Source: a bacterium
Lineage (GTDB): Bacteria > UBA8248
Direction of reading: 5' to 3'
Length of the DNA: 64,000 nt
Assembly: GCA_965199855.1 (NCBI GenBank)
Contig: OZ241326.1
Span: 1,792,001 to 1,856,000 of the forward strand
Every line of letters begins with the position of its first letter. Positions within the stretch are counted from its first letter, which is position 1. The position numbers were made by a program, and so were the translations under genes. This document shows, piece after piece, positions 27,066 through 36,228 of this stretch. Under the pieces are notes generated by a model that worked only from the letters and a program-made list of their open reading frames with translations, made no database searches and had not been told where the DNA came from.

Positions 27066-27158
27066 CGTCATTGCGGCGAAGGGCGCAATCCAGGGCCGAC
27101 GAGAAAACAATGGATTCCGCAATCCCTTCGCCTTGTCGGGATTGACGCCGGAATGACG
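27066..27158. repeat. CGTC-type palindromic REP doublet between convergent fxsA and hisS
   Basis: CGTCATTGCGGCG..CAATCCAG ... TGGATT..CGCCGGAATGACG inverted arms. Confidence 0.7.
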
Positions 27159-27180
27159 GGTATGAAGCATATCATCGCCG

Positions 27181-28443
27181 TCACAAAAACTTTTTCAGAT
27201 AGTCCGCCGCTTCTTCCCGCTTCACCTCGGTTTGCCGGCTTTCGGCCATGTGGCGGACGCTCACCACGCCTTTTTTCACTTCCTCCTCTCCCAGCAGGAG
27301 CACGAAAGCGGCGCCCGAGCGATCGGCGCGCCGCATCTGGCTTTTCACGCTTCCTCCGCCGAAGGAGCGATCCGCGCGAATCCCGCGCGCGCGCAGCCCG
27401 GCGGCGAGCTCGAAGGCCTCCGCCTCGGCGGCCTCGCCCAGGGCGACGACGTAGGCTTCGATTCCCTCGGCCGGGGCGGGAGCGTTCTCGCCCGCCAGCT
27501 GCAGGAGGCGCTCCATGCCGATGGCGAAGCCGATGGCGGGCGTGGGGGGGCCGCCCAGCTCCTCCACGAGGCCGTCGTAGCGTCCCCCGCCGCACACCGC
27601 GTTCTGCGCCCCCAGGCTCTCGCTGGTCACCTCGAAGACGGTGTGGCGGTAATAGTCGAGGCCGCGCACGAGCCGCGGGTTCAGCTCGTAGGCGAGGCCC
27701 GCCCTCTCCAGAAGTCCGCGGACGCCGCCCAGGTGCGCCCGGCAGGAGTCGTTCCAGAATTCGTCTATCCTCGGCGCGCGCGCGATGATCTCCCGATGCC
27801 GCGGGTCCTTGCTGTCCAGAAAGCGCAGGGGGTTGCGCTCGACGCGCGCGGCGGCTTCGGCGCCGAGACCCTTGGCTTCCTTTCTCAGATATTCCCTGAG
27901 CGCGTCCGCGTAGGCCGGGCGGCACTCCGCGTCGCCCAGGCTGTTGAGCTGGAGCGCCAGCCCCTCGAGCCCCATCGCGCCCAGGAATTCCATCAGCATG
28001 ACGATGAGCTCGGCGTCCATCGCCGGGTCTTCGGTGCCGAAGGCTTCGGCGTCGATTTGATGGAACTGCCGCAGGCGTCCCGCCTGGGGGCGCTCGTAGC
28101 GGAACATGGGGCCGATGCAGAAGAGCTTGGAGACGCCGGGGCGGTTGTAGAGGCCGTTCTGCACGTAGGCGCGGCAGATGGAGGCGGTCGCCTCGGGCCG
28201 CAGGGTGAGGGAGTCGCCGCCCTTGTCGGTGAAGGTGTACATCTCCTTGGAGACGATGTCGGTTTCCTCGCCGATGCCGCGCGCGAAGAGCTCGGTGCGC
28301 TCGAAGGCGGGCACCCGCACCTCCCCGTAGCCGTAGCGCGCGAAAATCTCCCGCGCCAGCCGCTCGGCGCCCCGCCAGCGCGGCGATTCCTCCGGCAGAA
28401 TGTCCCTCGCGCCGCGCACCGCCGTGAACCTGGGCCGCGCCAT
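27181..28443 (-). CDS. hisS: Histidine--tRNA ligase
   Basis: KEMYTF, LRPEATA, FRYERPQAGRLRQFHQ, RGLDYY, GGRYD. Confidence 0.98.
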   Translation of the reverse strand: MARPRFTAVRGARDILPEESPRWRGAERLAREIFARYGYGEVRVPAFERTELFARGIGEETDIVSKEMYTFTDKGGDSLTLRPEATASICRAYVQNGLYNRPGVSKLFCIGPMFRYERPQAGRLRQFHQIDAEAFGTEDPAMDAELIVMLMEFLGAMGLEGLALQLNSLGDAECRPAYADALREYLRKEAKGLGAEAAARVERNPLRFLDSKDPRHREIIARAPRIDEFWNDSCRAHLGGVRGLLERAGLAYELNPRLVRGLDYYRHTVFEVTSESLGAQNAVCGGGRYDGLVEELGGPPTPAIGFAIGMERLLQLAGENAPAPAEGIEAYVVALGEAAEAEAFELAAGLRARGIRADRSFGGGSVKSQMRRADRSGAAFVLLLGEEEVKKGVVSVRHMAESRQTEVKREEAADYLKKFL

Positions 28444-28445
28444 CG

Positions 28446-29195
28446 CTATCCTCCGAAGGCCGCTTCGAGCAGGCGGGGAAGGGCTTCGCCCGAGGGCGCT
28501 TCCACCGCCTCGCTCATCCAGGGGCTGATTTCCGTCGGCTCGGGGTTCACCTCGAGCGTGAAAGCGCCGCCCCGCGCGGCGGCCATCGGCATGGAGGCGG
28601 CCGGCTGCACGACGGCGGAGGTGCCCGCCACGAGCAGGCAGTCGCAATCATTCACCGCGTCCATCGCCCGGCGCAACTGCTCGGGGTCGAGCGTCTCGCC
28701 GAACCACACCACGTGGGGGCGGAGGAAGCCGCCGCACGCCTCGCAGAGGGGCGGCAGGGGGGCCAGGGGAACGTCCCGGTTCTCCCACGGGCGCGCCGCG
28801 CGCCCGCAGCCCGGGCTCGCGCAGCGAACGCGCCAGATGTTGCCGTGCAGCTCCACGATTTCGCGCGTTCCGGCCGCGCGGTGCAGGTTGTCGATGTTCT
28901 GCGTGATGAGGGTGAAGCGCGCGAAGCGCTCCTCCATCGCGGCGACGGCGTAGTGTCCCGGGTTGGGCGAGAGGGGCGCGAGGACTTCGCGGCGATGGGC
29001 GTAGAACTCCCAGACGAGCCGGGGGTTCTCCCGAAAGGCCTCGGGCGTGGCGAGCGAGGTCGCGCTGCGGTTGCGCCAGAGGCCGCCCGCTCCCCGGAAG
29101 GTGGGGACGCCGCTCTCCGCGCTCACGCCCGCTCCGGTGAGGACGACGAGGGATTTCGCGCTCCTGAAAGCATCTATCGCCTTTGGGCTGAACAT
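28446..29195 (-). CDS. cobB: NAD-dependent protein deacylase (class III sirtuin)
   Basis: [42 protein letters not shown]. Confidence 0.93.
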   Translation of the reverse strand: MFSPKAIDAFRSAKSLVVLTGAGVSAESGVPTFRGAGGLWRNRSATSLATPEAFRENPRLVWEFYAHRREVLAPLSPNPGHYAVAAMEERFARFTLITQNIDNLHRAAGTREIVELHGNIWRVRCASPGCGRAARPWENRDVPLAPLPPLCEACGGFLRPHVVWFGETLDPEQLRRAMDAVNDCDCLLVAGTSAVVQPAASMPMAAARGGAFTLEVNPEPTEISPWMSEAVEAPSGEALPRLLEAAFGG

Positions 29196-29344
29196 GGGCG
29201 ATCTCCGCCGGCGCGCGACCCGGAGTCCGACGCCCGGAAGCGGCGCGGAGAGGGCGGGAAAAACCGCCGCGCATGGCTCGCGCGGGCCGGAAACAGGCGG
29301 GAAAGTAGCCCATTCCGTCCTCTCGGTGCAAACGGGCGGCGAAG

Positions 29345-29373
29345 TTGACACGCGGCCGGATGCCGCCTAGGTT
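29345..29373 (+). promoter_or_regulatory. Putative sigma70 promoter
   Basis: TTGACA-17bp-TAGGTT ~100 bp upstream of the TPP-enzyme gene. Confidence 0.55.
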
Positions 29374-29476
29374 TGGCGGGCTTTGGTTCCGGGAAAGCCG
29401 GGAGTTCGCCGGGTCGCCTCCTGCGAGGGGGAGGCCGCGACCGCTAGCGCGCAGTTCCGACCTTGGAGAATCCCTG

Positions 29477-31180
29477 ATGGCGCGAAACGGCTCCCAGGTC
29501 CTGCTGGACGCGCTTCGGGCGAACGGGACGGAATACGTTTTCGGCATTCCGGGGACGCTGACGCTGCCGGTCTATGACGCGATGATCGACGGCGCGGGCG
29601 CGGCGCCCATCGTCACGCGCCACGAGCAGGGCGCGGGCTTCGCGGCGGACGGCTACGCCAGGGTCTCCGGCAGGACGGGCGTCGTTTTCACCGTGCCGGG
29701 CCCGGGGGGCACGAACATCGCCACGGCGCTTCGCTCCGCCTGGGAGGACGGCGCGCCCGTGGTGGCCGTGACGGCCACGCTCGCCGACGACATGCGGAAC
29801 CGAAGCGCCATCCACGACGTGGACATGGAAAAGGCGCTCGCCGCCTGCGTCAAAAAATCGTTCACGCCCGATTCCGTCGCGGGCGTCGCCCCCGCCGTCG
29901 ACGCCGCGTTTCGGTGGGCGGCGGCGGGAAGGCCCGGCCCGACCCAGGTGGTGATGAAGGCGAACCTCTTTCGGGAGGAAGAGGAGAAGACGCTCGGCGC
30001 GCCCGAATTCGAGGCGCCTCCGCCCGCGCCGCCCGCGGATGAGCGCGCCCTCGATGAGATAGCCGGGATGCTTCTCGCGGCGAAGCGGCCCGTGATTTAC
30101 GCGGGGGGCGGCGTCGTGAGCGCCGGCTGCGAGAGACGGACGCAGCTTCTCGCCTCGAGGCTGGGCGCGCCCGTCGTCACCTCCATCAAGGGGCGGGGGA
30201 TTCTCTCCGAGGCGGATCCGCTCTCGTTCGGACTCGTCCATTTTCTGGGCTGCGAGGAGATGCTCGCGGAGGCGGACTTCTGCCTCGCGCTCGGAACGGG
30301 CTTCGGGCAGTTCGCCACCTTTTATTTCAAGGCGCCGATGACGAAGAACCTGGCGCAGATCGACATCGACCCCGCCCGCATCGGGCGGAACTATCCCGTC
30401 TCCAGAGGGTTGGCGAGCGATCTGCGGCCCGCGCTCGACGGCCTGCTGAAGCGCGTGGCGGAGGCGGAGGACGCGCCGCTCTCGGAGGGCCATGTCCGCG
30501 TGCGCGAGGGGAGGCGGCGATACGAGGAGAGGCTGCGGTCGTTTCTGGCGAAGCCGGCCGCGCCGCCGTTTCATGGCCTGTTCGTGATGAAGACGCTGCG
30601 CGAGAACACCCCGCCCGATACGATTTTCGTGTCCGATTCCTCCGCCACCCAGAGCTGGCTGATGGAGCAGGCGTTCACGATCTACCGTCCCCGAAGCATC
30701 CTGCTCTCCGAGGCCTATCAGTCGATGGGCTACGCTCTGGGCGCGGCCATCGGCGCGAAGCTCGGCGCGCCCGAAAGGCCGGTATGCGCCGTCGTGGGAG
30801 ACGGGAGCTTCACCATGGTCTGCGGCGAACTGGCGACGGCGACGGCGCTCGACCTCTCGCTCACCTGTCTCGTTTTCAACGATGGGGAATACAACGCGCT
30901 CAGGCACTCGCAGAAGCACGTGTTCGGGGAGCGCTACATCGCCACCTCGCTGAACAACCCCGATTTTCCCGCCCTGGCGCGCTCGTTCGGCGCGCATGGC
31001 CACCGCGCGGGTTCGGCGGAGGAGCTGCGGAGCGCCATCGTCGACGCCCGGGAGCGGGGCGGCGTTCACGTGATTGACTGCCCGATTGATCGGGACGCGC
31101 TCTCGGCGAGATGGGAGAGGACCGTCAAATCCTTCCGGGGAGGCGCCGCCACCGCGCCGCCACCTGACGCGCGCGCCTGA
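29477..31180 (+). CDS. Thiamine pyrophosphate-binding enzyme (acetolactate synthase-like)
   Basis: VFGIPG, TRHEQGAGFAADGYAR, GDGSF..NDG TPP motif. Confidence 0.9.
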   Translation: MARNGSQVLLDALRANGTEYVFGIPGTLTLPVYDAMIDGAGAAPIVTRHEQGAGFAADGYARVSGRTGVVFTVPGPGGTNIATALRSAWEDGAPVVAVTATLADDMRNRSAIHDVDMEKALAACVKKSFTPDSVAGVAPAVDAAFRWAAAGRPGPTQVVMKANLFREEEEKTLGAPEFEAPPPAPPADERALDEIAGMLLAAKRPVIYAGGGVVSAGCERRTQLLASRLGAPVVTSIKGRGILSEADPLSFGLVHFLGCEEMLAEADFCLALGTGFGQFATFYFKAPMTKNLAQIDIDPARIGRNYPVSRGLASDLRPALDGLLKRVAEAEDAPLSEGHVRVREGRRRYEERLRSFLAKPAAPPFHGLFVMKTLRENTPPDTIFVSDSSATQSWLMEQAFTIYRPRSILLSEAYQSMGYALGAAIGAKLGAPERPVCAVVGDGSFTMVCGELATATALDLSLTCLVFNDGEYNALRHSQKHVFGERYIATSLNNPDFPALARSFGAHGHRAGSAEELRSAIVDARERGGVHVIDCPIDRDALSARWERTVKSFRGGAATAPPPDARA

Positions 31181-31216
31181 CCCGGGGCGCATTCGGCGTG
31201 GGGGCGGCGGCCCTGT

Positions 31217-33742
31217 TCAGCGAGCGACGCCGGCGCGTCGGCCGCTCCCGCGATTCCGGGAAAATTCTTGCGGAATGCGGCGGCGAAACGCGACCCAGCG
31301 CGCCGCGCGGCTGCCGGGCCAGGCTTCCGCCGCGCGGAATCGCTCGACCGAAAGGCGCGCCTCCCGCGCCCCGTCCCCCGCGCTGACGCGCAGCATTCCG
31401 CCCCGCCAGGGGCGATAGACGCCCAGTTTTCTCTGCCGCCTGCTCGTTTCTCGCCAGACGTCCGGCCGCAGCCAGCCCACCCTTTGGGGAGCGGCGAGAA
31501 CGACATCGGGCTTTTGGGCCTCGAGCCAGTCCAGAACCCTCGCCTGTCTCAACAGACCCTCCGGCAGGCGCGCGAGGTCGTATTTTTTCCCCGCGAACCA
31601 TCGGGCGTCGAACGCCGGATATCTCGAGGGCAGCATGAGCAGCCAGCGGGAATGCGGGTTTTCGACCTCGAAGCCCATCGCCCCCTTTCTCCAGGAGCGG
31701 AGGGTTATCCGCGTCCCGCCTCCGGCCATGCTCCAGACGACGCGGGCCGAATTCCGCAGGCTCGCAAAGCGGTAGCGGGGCGGCGCGGAAGCGAGGAGGT
31801 CGCCGATGCGGTGGAGGCTCCTGACGCTTACGCCGGCGGCGAAATCGTTGGCGGCCAGCCGGTCTTTCTGGTAGCGGGAGCGGGAGAGCATGACGCTCCA
31901 GTTCGTCTCGCTTTCCCCGCGCATCAGGGGCGCGAGCACGCTTCCCCAGACGCTGAAGCCGCCGGCCCGGCTCCCGGAGGCGTCAACCGCGAGCCCCTTG
32001 CCGTCGGGAAGGCGGAGGAAGAAAGCGTCCACCCCCGCGGCGTCGGGCAGGAGCAGCGTCGCGCGCCCGGGGCGAGAGGCTCGCTCGCCTGCGCCCGGAA
32101 GCAGGAGAAAGAGCGTCAGGCAGCACAAGCCCGCCCGGGAGATTCCGCGCCACCGCGCGCGCCTTGAGCGCAGGGCGAAAGCGAGGAGAGAGAAGATGGC
32201 GGCGATGAGCCAGACGTTCGGCTTGGGCGCGATGAGCGCGGCCCATGGAATTCTGGCGGAATGGGTCGATACGAGAATCAGGAATTGCGCGAGGGCGCCG
32301 GTGAGCCAGGTGAGGGGCGTCAGGAGAGCGTCCCAGCCCGCGGGGAGGACGGCGGCGGCCGCGCTCGCCGCGAAGGCGAGGGGCACGAGCAGCGACGCGG
32401 CGGGTATGAGGAGAAAATTCACGAGCAGGCCGATGGGGTGCGCCTCCTGGAAGTGAAGCGCCGTCAGCGGGGTGACCGCGGCCGTGACGACCAGCTGGAT
32501 GACGGCGAGCTGGCGCGCCCGCGCGGCCCAGCGCTTTTTCTCCCAGAACCGCCAGCGCGGGTCCGGCCGCGGGAGCCTTTCCGCCGCGAGGACGATGGCG
32601 CTCACCGCCACGAAGGAGAGCTGAAACCCCGCGTCCCAGATGAAGCCGGGCTCGACCAGCAGGATGAGCAGGGCGGCGAGCGTGACGGAGTGAAGCGCCG
32701 TCTTCGGACGCTCCAGGAAGCGGGTGAGGAGGTAGGCGACGATCATGATCGCGGCGCGCACGGTGGAGATGCGCGCCCCGCTCAGCAGCGTGAAGAGAAT
32801 CACGAGGGGGATGACGCCGAGCGAGGCGAGCTTCGAGGGCGTGAGCGGAATCGGGTCGAGGGGAAACAGCCGGGGCGGAAGCCGGCGGAGAAGCCCCCGC
32901 AGGGAGAAGAAGAAAAAGGCGGCGATGAAGCCCACGTGCAACCCGCTGATGGCGAGCAGATGGGCCGCGCCCGACCTTCGGAAGGCGTCCCTGATCTCGC
33001 GGTCGAGATCGCCGCGCGGCCCGATGGTCATCGCCTCGATGAGGCCCGCCGCACCCCCGGAATAGGCGGCGTGGATATGGGCGCTCATGTTCTCGCGGAA
33101 TCGGAACAGGCGCCGCCGCCATCCCCGCTCTTCGCCGGCCTCGAGCAGGTGGAGATTCCTGATCGAGCTGTAGCCCACGGCGTGGACGCCCCGGAGGCGC
33201 AGAAACTCCCGGTAGTCGAACGCGCCCGGGTTCTTGAAGCGCGAGGGAGGCTTGAGCCGCGCGCGCCGGATGAGGAGCCGATCCCCCACGCGGGGGATTT
33301 CCTTCAGTCGGGAGGCGAGCGTGACGCGCGCGACGCCCGTCATGGGAACCTCCACGCCCCGGATGAGGGCGCGCTCCACCTCCAGATAGACGCGCGGCCT
33401 GCGCGACGCGCCTCCCGTTCGCTCCACGGGCCGGGAGAGGCGGCCGGTGACGTTCATTCGTCCGTAAGGAACGTGGCGGAGCAGATGGTGCGCCGGCGTC
33501 CGGTGGCGATGCAGGGCGGGGACGGCGAAGGAGGCGATGAGGCCGGCGAGGAGGAGGAGCGCGGCGGCGGCGATCCGGGTTTCGCCCCGAGTCCGGCGGC
33601 CCAAGGCGATGAAAACGGCGAAGGGCAGCGCGAGGGCGGCGGCGATGAGGGAGACCGCGCCCGCCTCCGCGGGGGCGAAGGAGGCGCCGCCCGCCAGCAG
33701 TCCCGCTATGTAGCCGATCGCCAGCAGATGCAGGGGATGCAC
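31217..33742 (-). CDS. comEC: ComEC/Rec2 competence protein
   Basis: NPGAFDY, HLLAISGLH, STVRAAIM, GFQLSF; C-terminal domain degenerate. Confidence 0.9.
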   Translation of the reverse strand: MHPLHLLAIGYIAGLLAGGASFAPAEAGAVSLIAAALALPFAVFIALGRRTRGETRIAAAALLLLAGLIASFAVPALHRHRTPAHHLLRHVPYGRMNVTGRLSRPVERTGGASRRPRVYLEVERALIRGVEVPMTGVARVTLASRLKEIPRVGDRLLIRRARLKPPSRFKNPGAFDYREFLRLRGVHAVGYSSIRNLHLLEAGEERGWRRRLFRFRENMSAHIHAAYSGGAAGLIEAMTIGPRGDLDREIRDAFRRSGAAHLLAISGLHVGFIAAFFFFSLRGLLRRLPPRLFPLDPIPLTPSKLASLGVIPLVILFTLLSGARISTVRAAIMIVAYLLTRFLERPKTALHSVTLAALLILLVEPGFIWDAGFQLSFVAVSAIVLAAERLPRPDPRWRFWEKKRWAARARQLAVIQLVVTAAVTPLTALHFQEAHPIGLLVNFLLIPAASLLVPLAFAASAAAAVLPAGWDALLTPLTWLTGALAQFLILVSTHSARIPWAALIAPKPNVWLIAAIFSLLAFALRSRRARWRGISRAGLCCLTLFLLLPGAGERASRPGRATLLLPDAAGVDAFFLRLPDGKGLAVDASGSRAGGFSVWGSVLAPLMRGESETNWSVMLSRSRYQKDRLAANDFAAGVSVRSLHRIGDLLASAPPRYRFASLRNSARVVWSMAGGGTRITLRSWRKGAMGFEVENPHSRWLLMLPSRYPAFDARWFAGKKYDLARLPEGLLRQARVLDWLEAQKPDVVLAAPQRVGWLRPDVWRETSRRQRKLGVYRPWRGGMLRVSAGDGAREARLSVERFRAAEAWPGSRAARWVAFRRRIPQEFSRNRGSGRRAGVAR

Positions 33743-33873
33743 GATCTCTCCATGCGAGGGATATGAGGCTATCCTAACCCGAAGCGCGCCGGACGCTCAC
33801 GCCCGATCCCTCTCCTCGCCGGGTTTCGTGGTAGGCTTCGCCGGGGATTTTCCGGGAAAATTTCGGGACGGGC

Positions 33874-34896
33874 GTGAAGGTGCGCGAGCGACTGCTCGGG
33901 AATACGGGTCTGTCGGTGTCCGAGATAGGCTTCGGCACGGGCGGAATCAGCCGCTTGATGGCGGGCGACGACCGGGACGCGCAGCTTCGCGCGGTTCGGG
34001 GCGCGCTGGACGGAGGCGTGAATTTCTTCGACACGGCGATGGGCTACGGAAACGGGAAGTCGGAGGCGAACCTGGGCGCGGCGCTGAGGCGGCTGGGCGC
34101 GGACGTGACCGTGGCCACGAAAATTCGCCTCACCGCCGAAGAGCGCGAGGCGCCCCGGGAGGCGGTCGTCGCCTCTGTGGAGAAGAGCCTGGAGCGGCTG
34201 GGCCGAGGCCGCGTCGATTTGATTCAGATTCACAACTACGTGGCTCCCGGCAGGGACTGGCAGGCGGGCGTCGCGCTGGTGCCCTCCGACGTTTTTCGCA
34301 AGGGCGGCGTCCTGGACGGCTTCGAGAAATTGCGCGGGCGCGGGCTCGCGCGCTTCTTCGGGTTCACGGGCATCGGGCATCCCGCCGCGCTGGCCGAGTT
34401 GATCGACAGCGGCCGGTTTCACGCGGCGCAGGCGTATTTCAATCTGCTCAACCCGAGCGCGGCGTATCCGGTTCCGGAGGGCTTCGGCGCGCTCGACTAC
34501 GAGTTGCTGCTCGGGCGCGCGGCGGAGAAGGGCATGGGGGTGCTGGCGATTCGCGTCCTCGCCCTGGGCGCGCTCACGTCGAGGCCCAACCTGCTGGGAT
34601 TTCTGGAGGAATCCCCGCCGGTTCTCTCGCCCGGCTCCGAATACGAGAAGGACGCGGCGCGCGCGGAGAAGCTGGGCTTTCTCGTTCGGGAAGGGCGTAC
34701 CCTGGCGCAGGCCGCGCTTCGGTTCGTTCTGGGGCGCGAGGAGGTCTCCTGCGCGCTCATCGGCTTTTCGGGCGAGGAGCAGCTGGGCGAGGCGCTTTCC
34801 TGCGCCGACGCCCCGCCCCTTTCCGCGGACGAGACGCGGAAACTCGAAGCCGTCTGGGAAAGCGATTTCGGGCGGGCGGAGAGCGGCCGGCGCTGA
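33874..34896 (+). CDS. Aldo/keto reductase
   Basis: LGNTGLSVSEIGFG, FDTAMGYG, SLERLG..VDLIQIH. Confidence 0.93.
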   Translation: MKVRERLLGNTGLSVSEIGFGTGGISRLMAGDDRDAQLRAVRGALDGGVNFFDTAMGYGNGKSEANLGAALRRLGADVTVATKIRLTAEEREAPREAVVASVEKSLERLGRGRVDLIQIHNYVAPGRDWQAGVALVPSDVFRKGGVLDGFEKLRGRGLARFFGFTGIGHPAALAELIDSGRFHAAQAYFNLLNPSAAYPVPEGFGALDYELLLGRAAEKGMGVLAIRVLALGALTSRPNLLGFLEESPPVLSPGSEYEKDAARAEKLGFLVREGRTLAQAALRFVLGREEVSCALIGFSGEEQLGEALSCADAPPLSADETRKLEAVWESDFGRAESGRR

Positions 34897-34900
34897 ATTC

Positions 34901-36148
34901 ATGAACGCATCCCCCAAAGCGGGCGTCAGCCAGGCCGCCCTGTGGACGCTGAGCTTCTCCCTGCTGCCCATCATGCTCGTCTACGCCAACTACCCGACCG
35001 CCCTCCCGGTTCTCAAGGCGGAATGGTCGCTCGCCAACGCGGACGCGGGCTTCATCTACTTCGCGTTCTACGCGGGCTACGTGGTCGCCTCCGCCGTGCT
35101 CACCGGGGCGACGGACTATTTCAGCGCGCGGACCATCTATCTCTTCTCGGCCGCCTGGCTCGGCCTCACGAACCTGATGTTCCCCTTTCTCGCCGAGGGC
35201 CTCTGGACGGCCGCCCTGCTTCGATGCGCCTGCGGGGTGGGGCTTGCGGGCGTGTTCGGGCCGGGGCTGCGCATCGTGGCCGAGCGCGCTCCGCCTGAAA
35301 GAAGGGCGAAGATGGTGTCGGGCTTCGCCTTTTTCTTCACCTTCGGCGTAGCGGCCTCGATGTTCATGACGGGCTGGCTGCTCCCCGATTTCGGCTGGCG
35401 CTTCACGTTCGCCGCAGGCTCGCTGGGGCCGGTCGTCGGCGTGCTCATGGTGCTGATCTGGGTGCCCGACCCCGGAAAGGAGGAGCCGGGAGAGAAGGAG
35501 AAATTCGCGTTTCCCCGCCTGCCGCTCAGATGCTGGGTGCTCATCGGCTCCTACGTCATGCACCGCTGGGAGGTGTTCGCCTTCAGGGGCTGGGGGGTCA
35601 CGTTCCTGGCGTCCGCCTTCCTGGCGCGCGGCATGTCGAGGCCGAGCGCCGTGGACAACGCCGCGACCGCCCTTGCCCTGATGATAGCCATCTCCGCGTT
35701 CTCGAATTTCCTCGGCGCGTGGTGCGCCGACCGGTTCGGGCGGCTGCCGAGCATCGGGGGCAGCCTGTTCCTGAGCGGGGCGATGGCGTTCGGCATGGGC
35801 TTTCTGTTCGACGCGCCCGCGCCGCTTCTGCTCGCCGCCGCGCTGCTCTGGGCGGTGACGATGGCCGCCGACGCCTCCGTTTTCCTGGTCGTGATGAGCG
35901 AAGTCTCGCCCAGGCGCCACCTGGGCACGGCGCTGGGCTGCCTCGCCGGCTTCGGCTTCCTGTTCGGCGCGCTCTCCTCCGTCGAGGTGGGCTACATTCT
36001 GGACGTCGCCAACCCCGGCTCCCGGGGCGAGGCGCTGCCGCGCGAGTGGCGGGCGGCCTGGGCCTCGGTGGGCGCGGCCGTCTGGCTCGGCGTGGGAGGA
36101 ATCCTCTGGCTTTCCCGCATCACCAGAAGGCGGGCGCGGGACGCTTGA
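34901..36148 (+). CDS. MFS transporter
   Basis: ~12 hydrophobic segments, GAWCADRFGR loop motif. Confidence 0.9.
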   Translation: MNASPKAGVSQAALWTLSFSLLPIMLVYANYPTALPVLKAEWSLANADAGFIYFAFYAGYVVASAVLTGATDYFSARTIYLFSAAWLGLTNLMFPFLAEGLWTAALLRCACGVGLAGVFGPGLRIVAERAPPERRAKMVSGFAFFFTFGVAASMFMTGWLLPDFGWRFTFAAGSLGPVVGVLMVLIWVPDPGKEEPGEKEKFAFPRLPLRCWVLIGSYVMHRWEVFAFRGWGVTFLASAFLARGMSRPSAVDNAATALALMIAISAFSNFLGAWCADRFGRLPSIGGSLFLSGAMAFGMGFLFDAPAPLLLAAALLWAVTMAADASVFLVVMSEVSPRRHLGTALGCLAGFGFLFGALSSVEVGYILDVANPGSRGEALPREWRAAWASVGAAVWLGVGGILWLSRITRRRARDA

Positions 36149-36228
36149 ATTTCCGACGCCGGGCCGATACGCTCCCGCGCCAGTGGCGAAGGTTCGCAAG
36201 CCGGAGCGCCGATGAGGGATGGGGGATA

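Noticed and set aside
29374-29476. TPP riboswitch upstream of the TPP enzyme
   Set aside because: Conserved CUGAGA and GAUC-type core motifs not found
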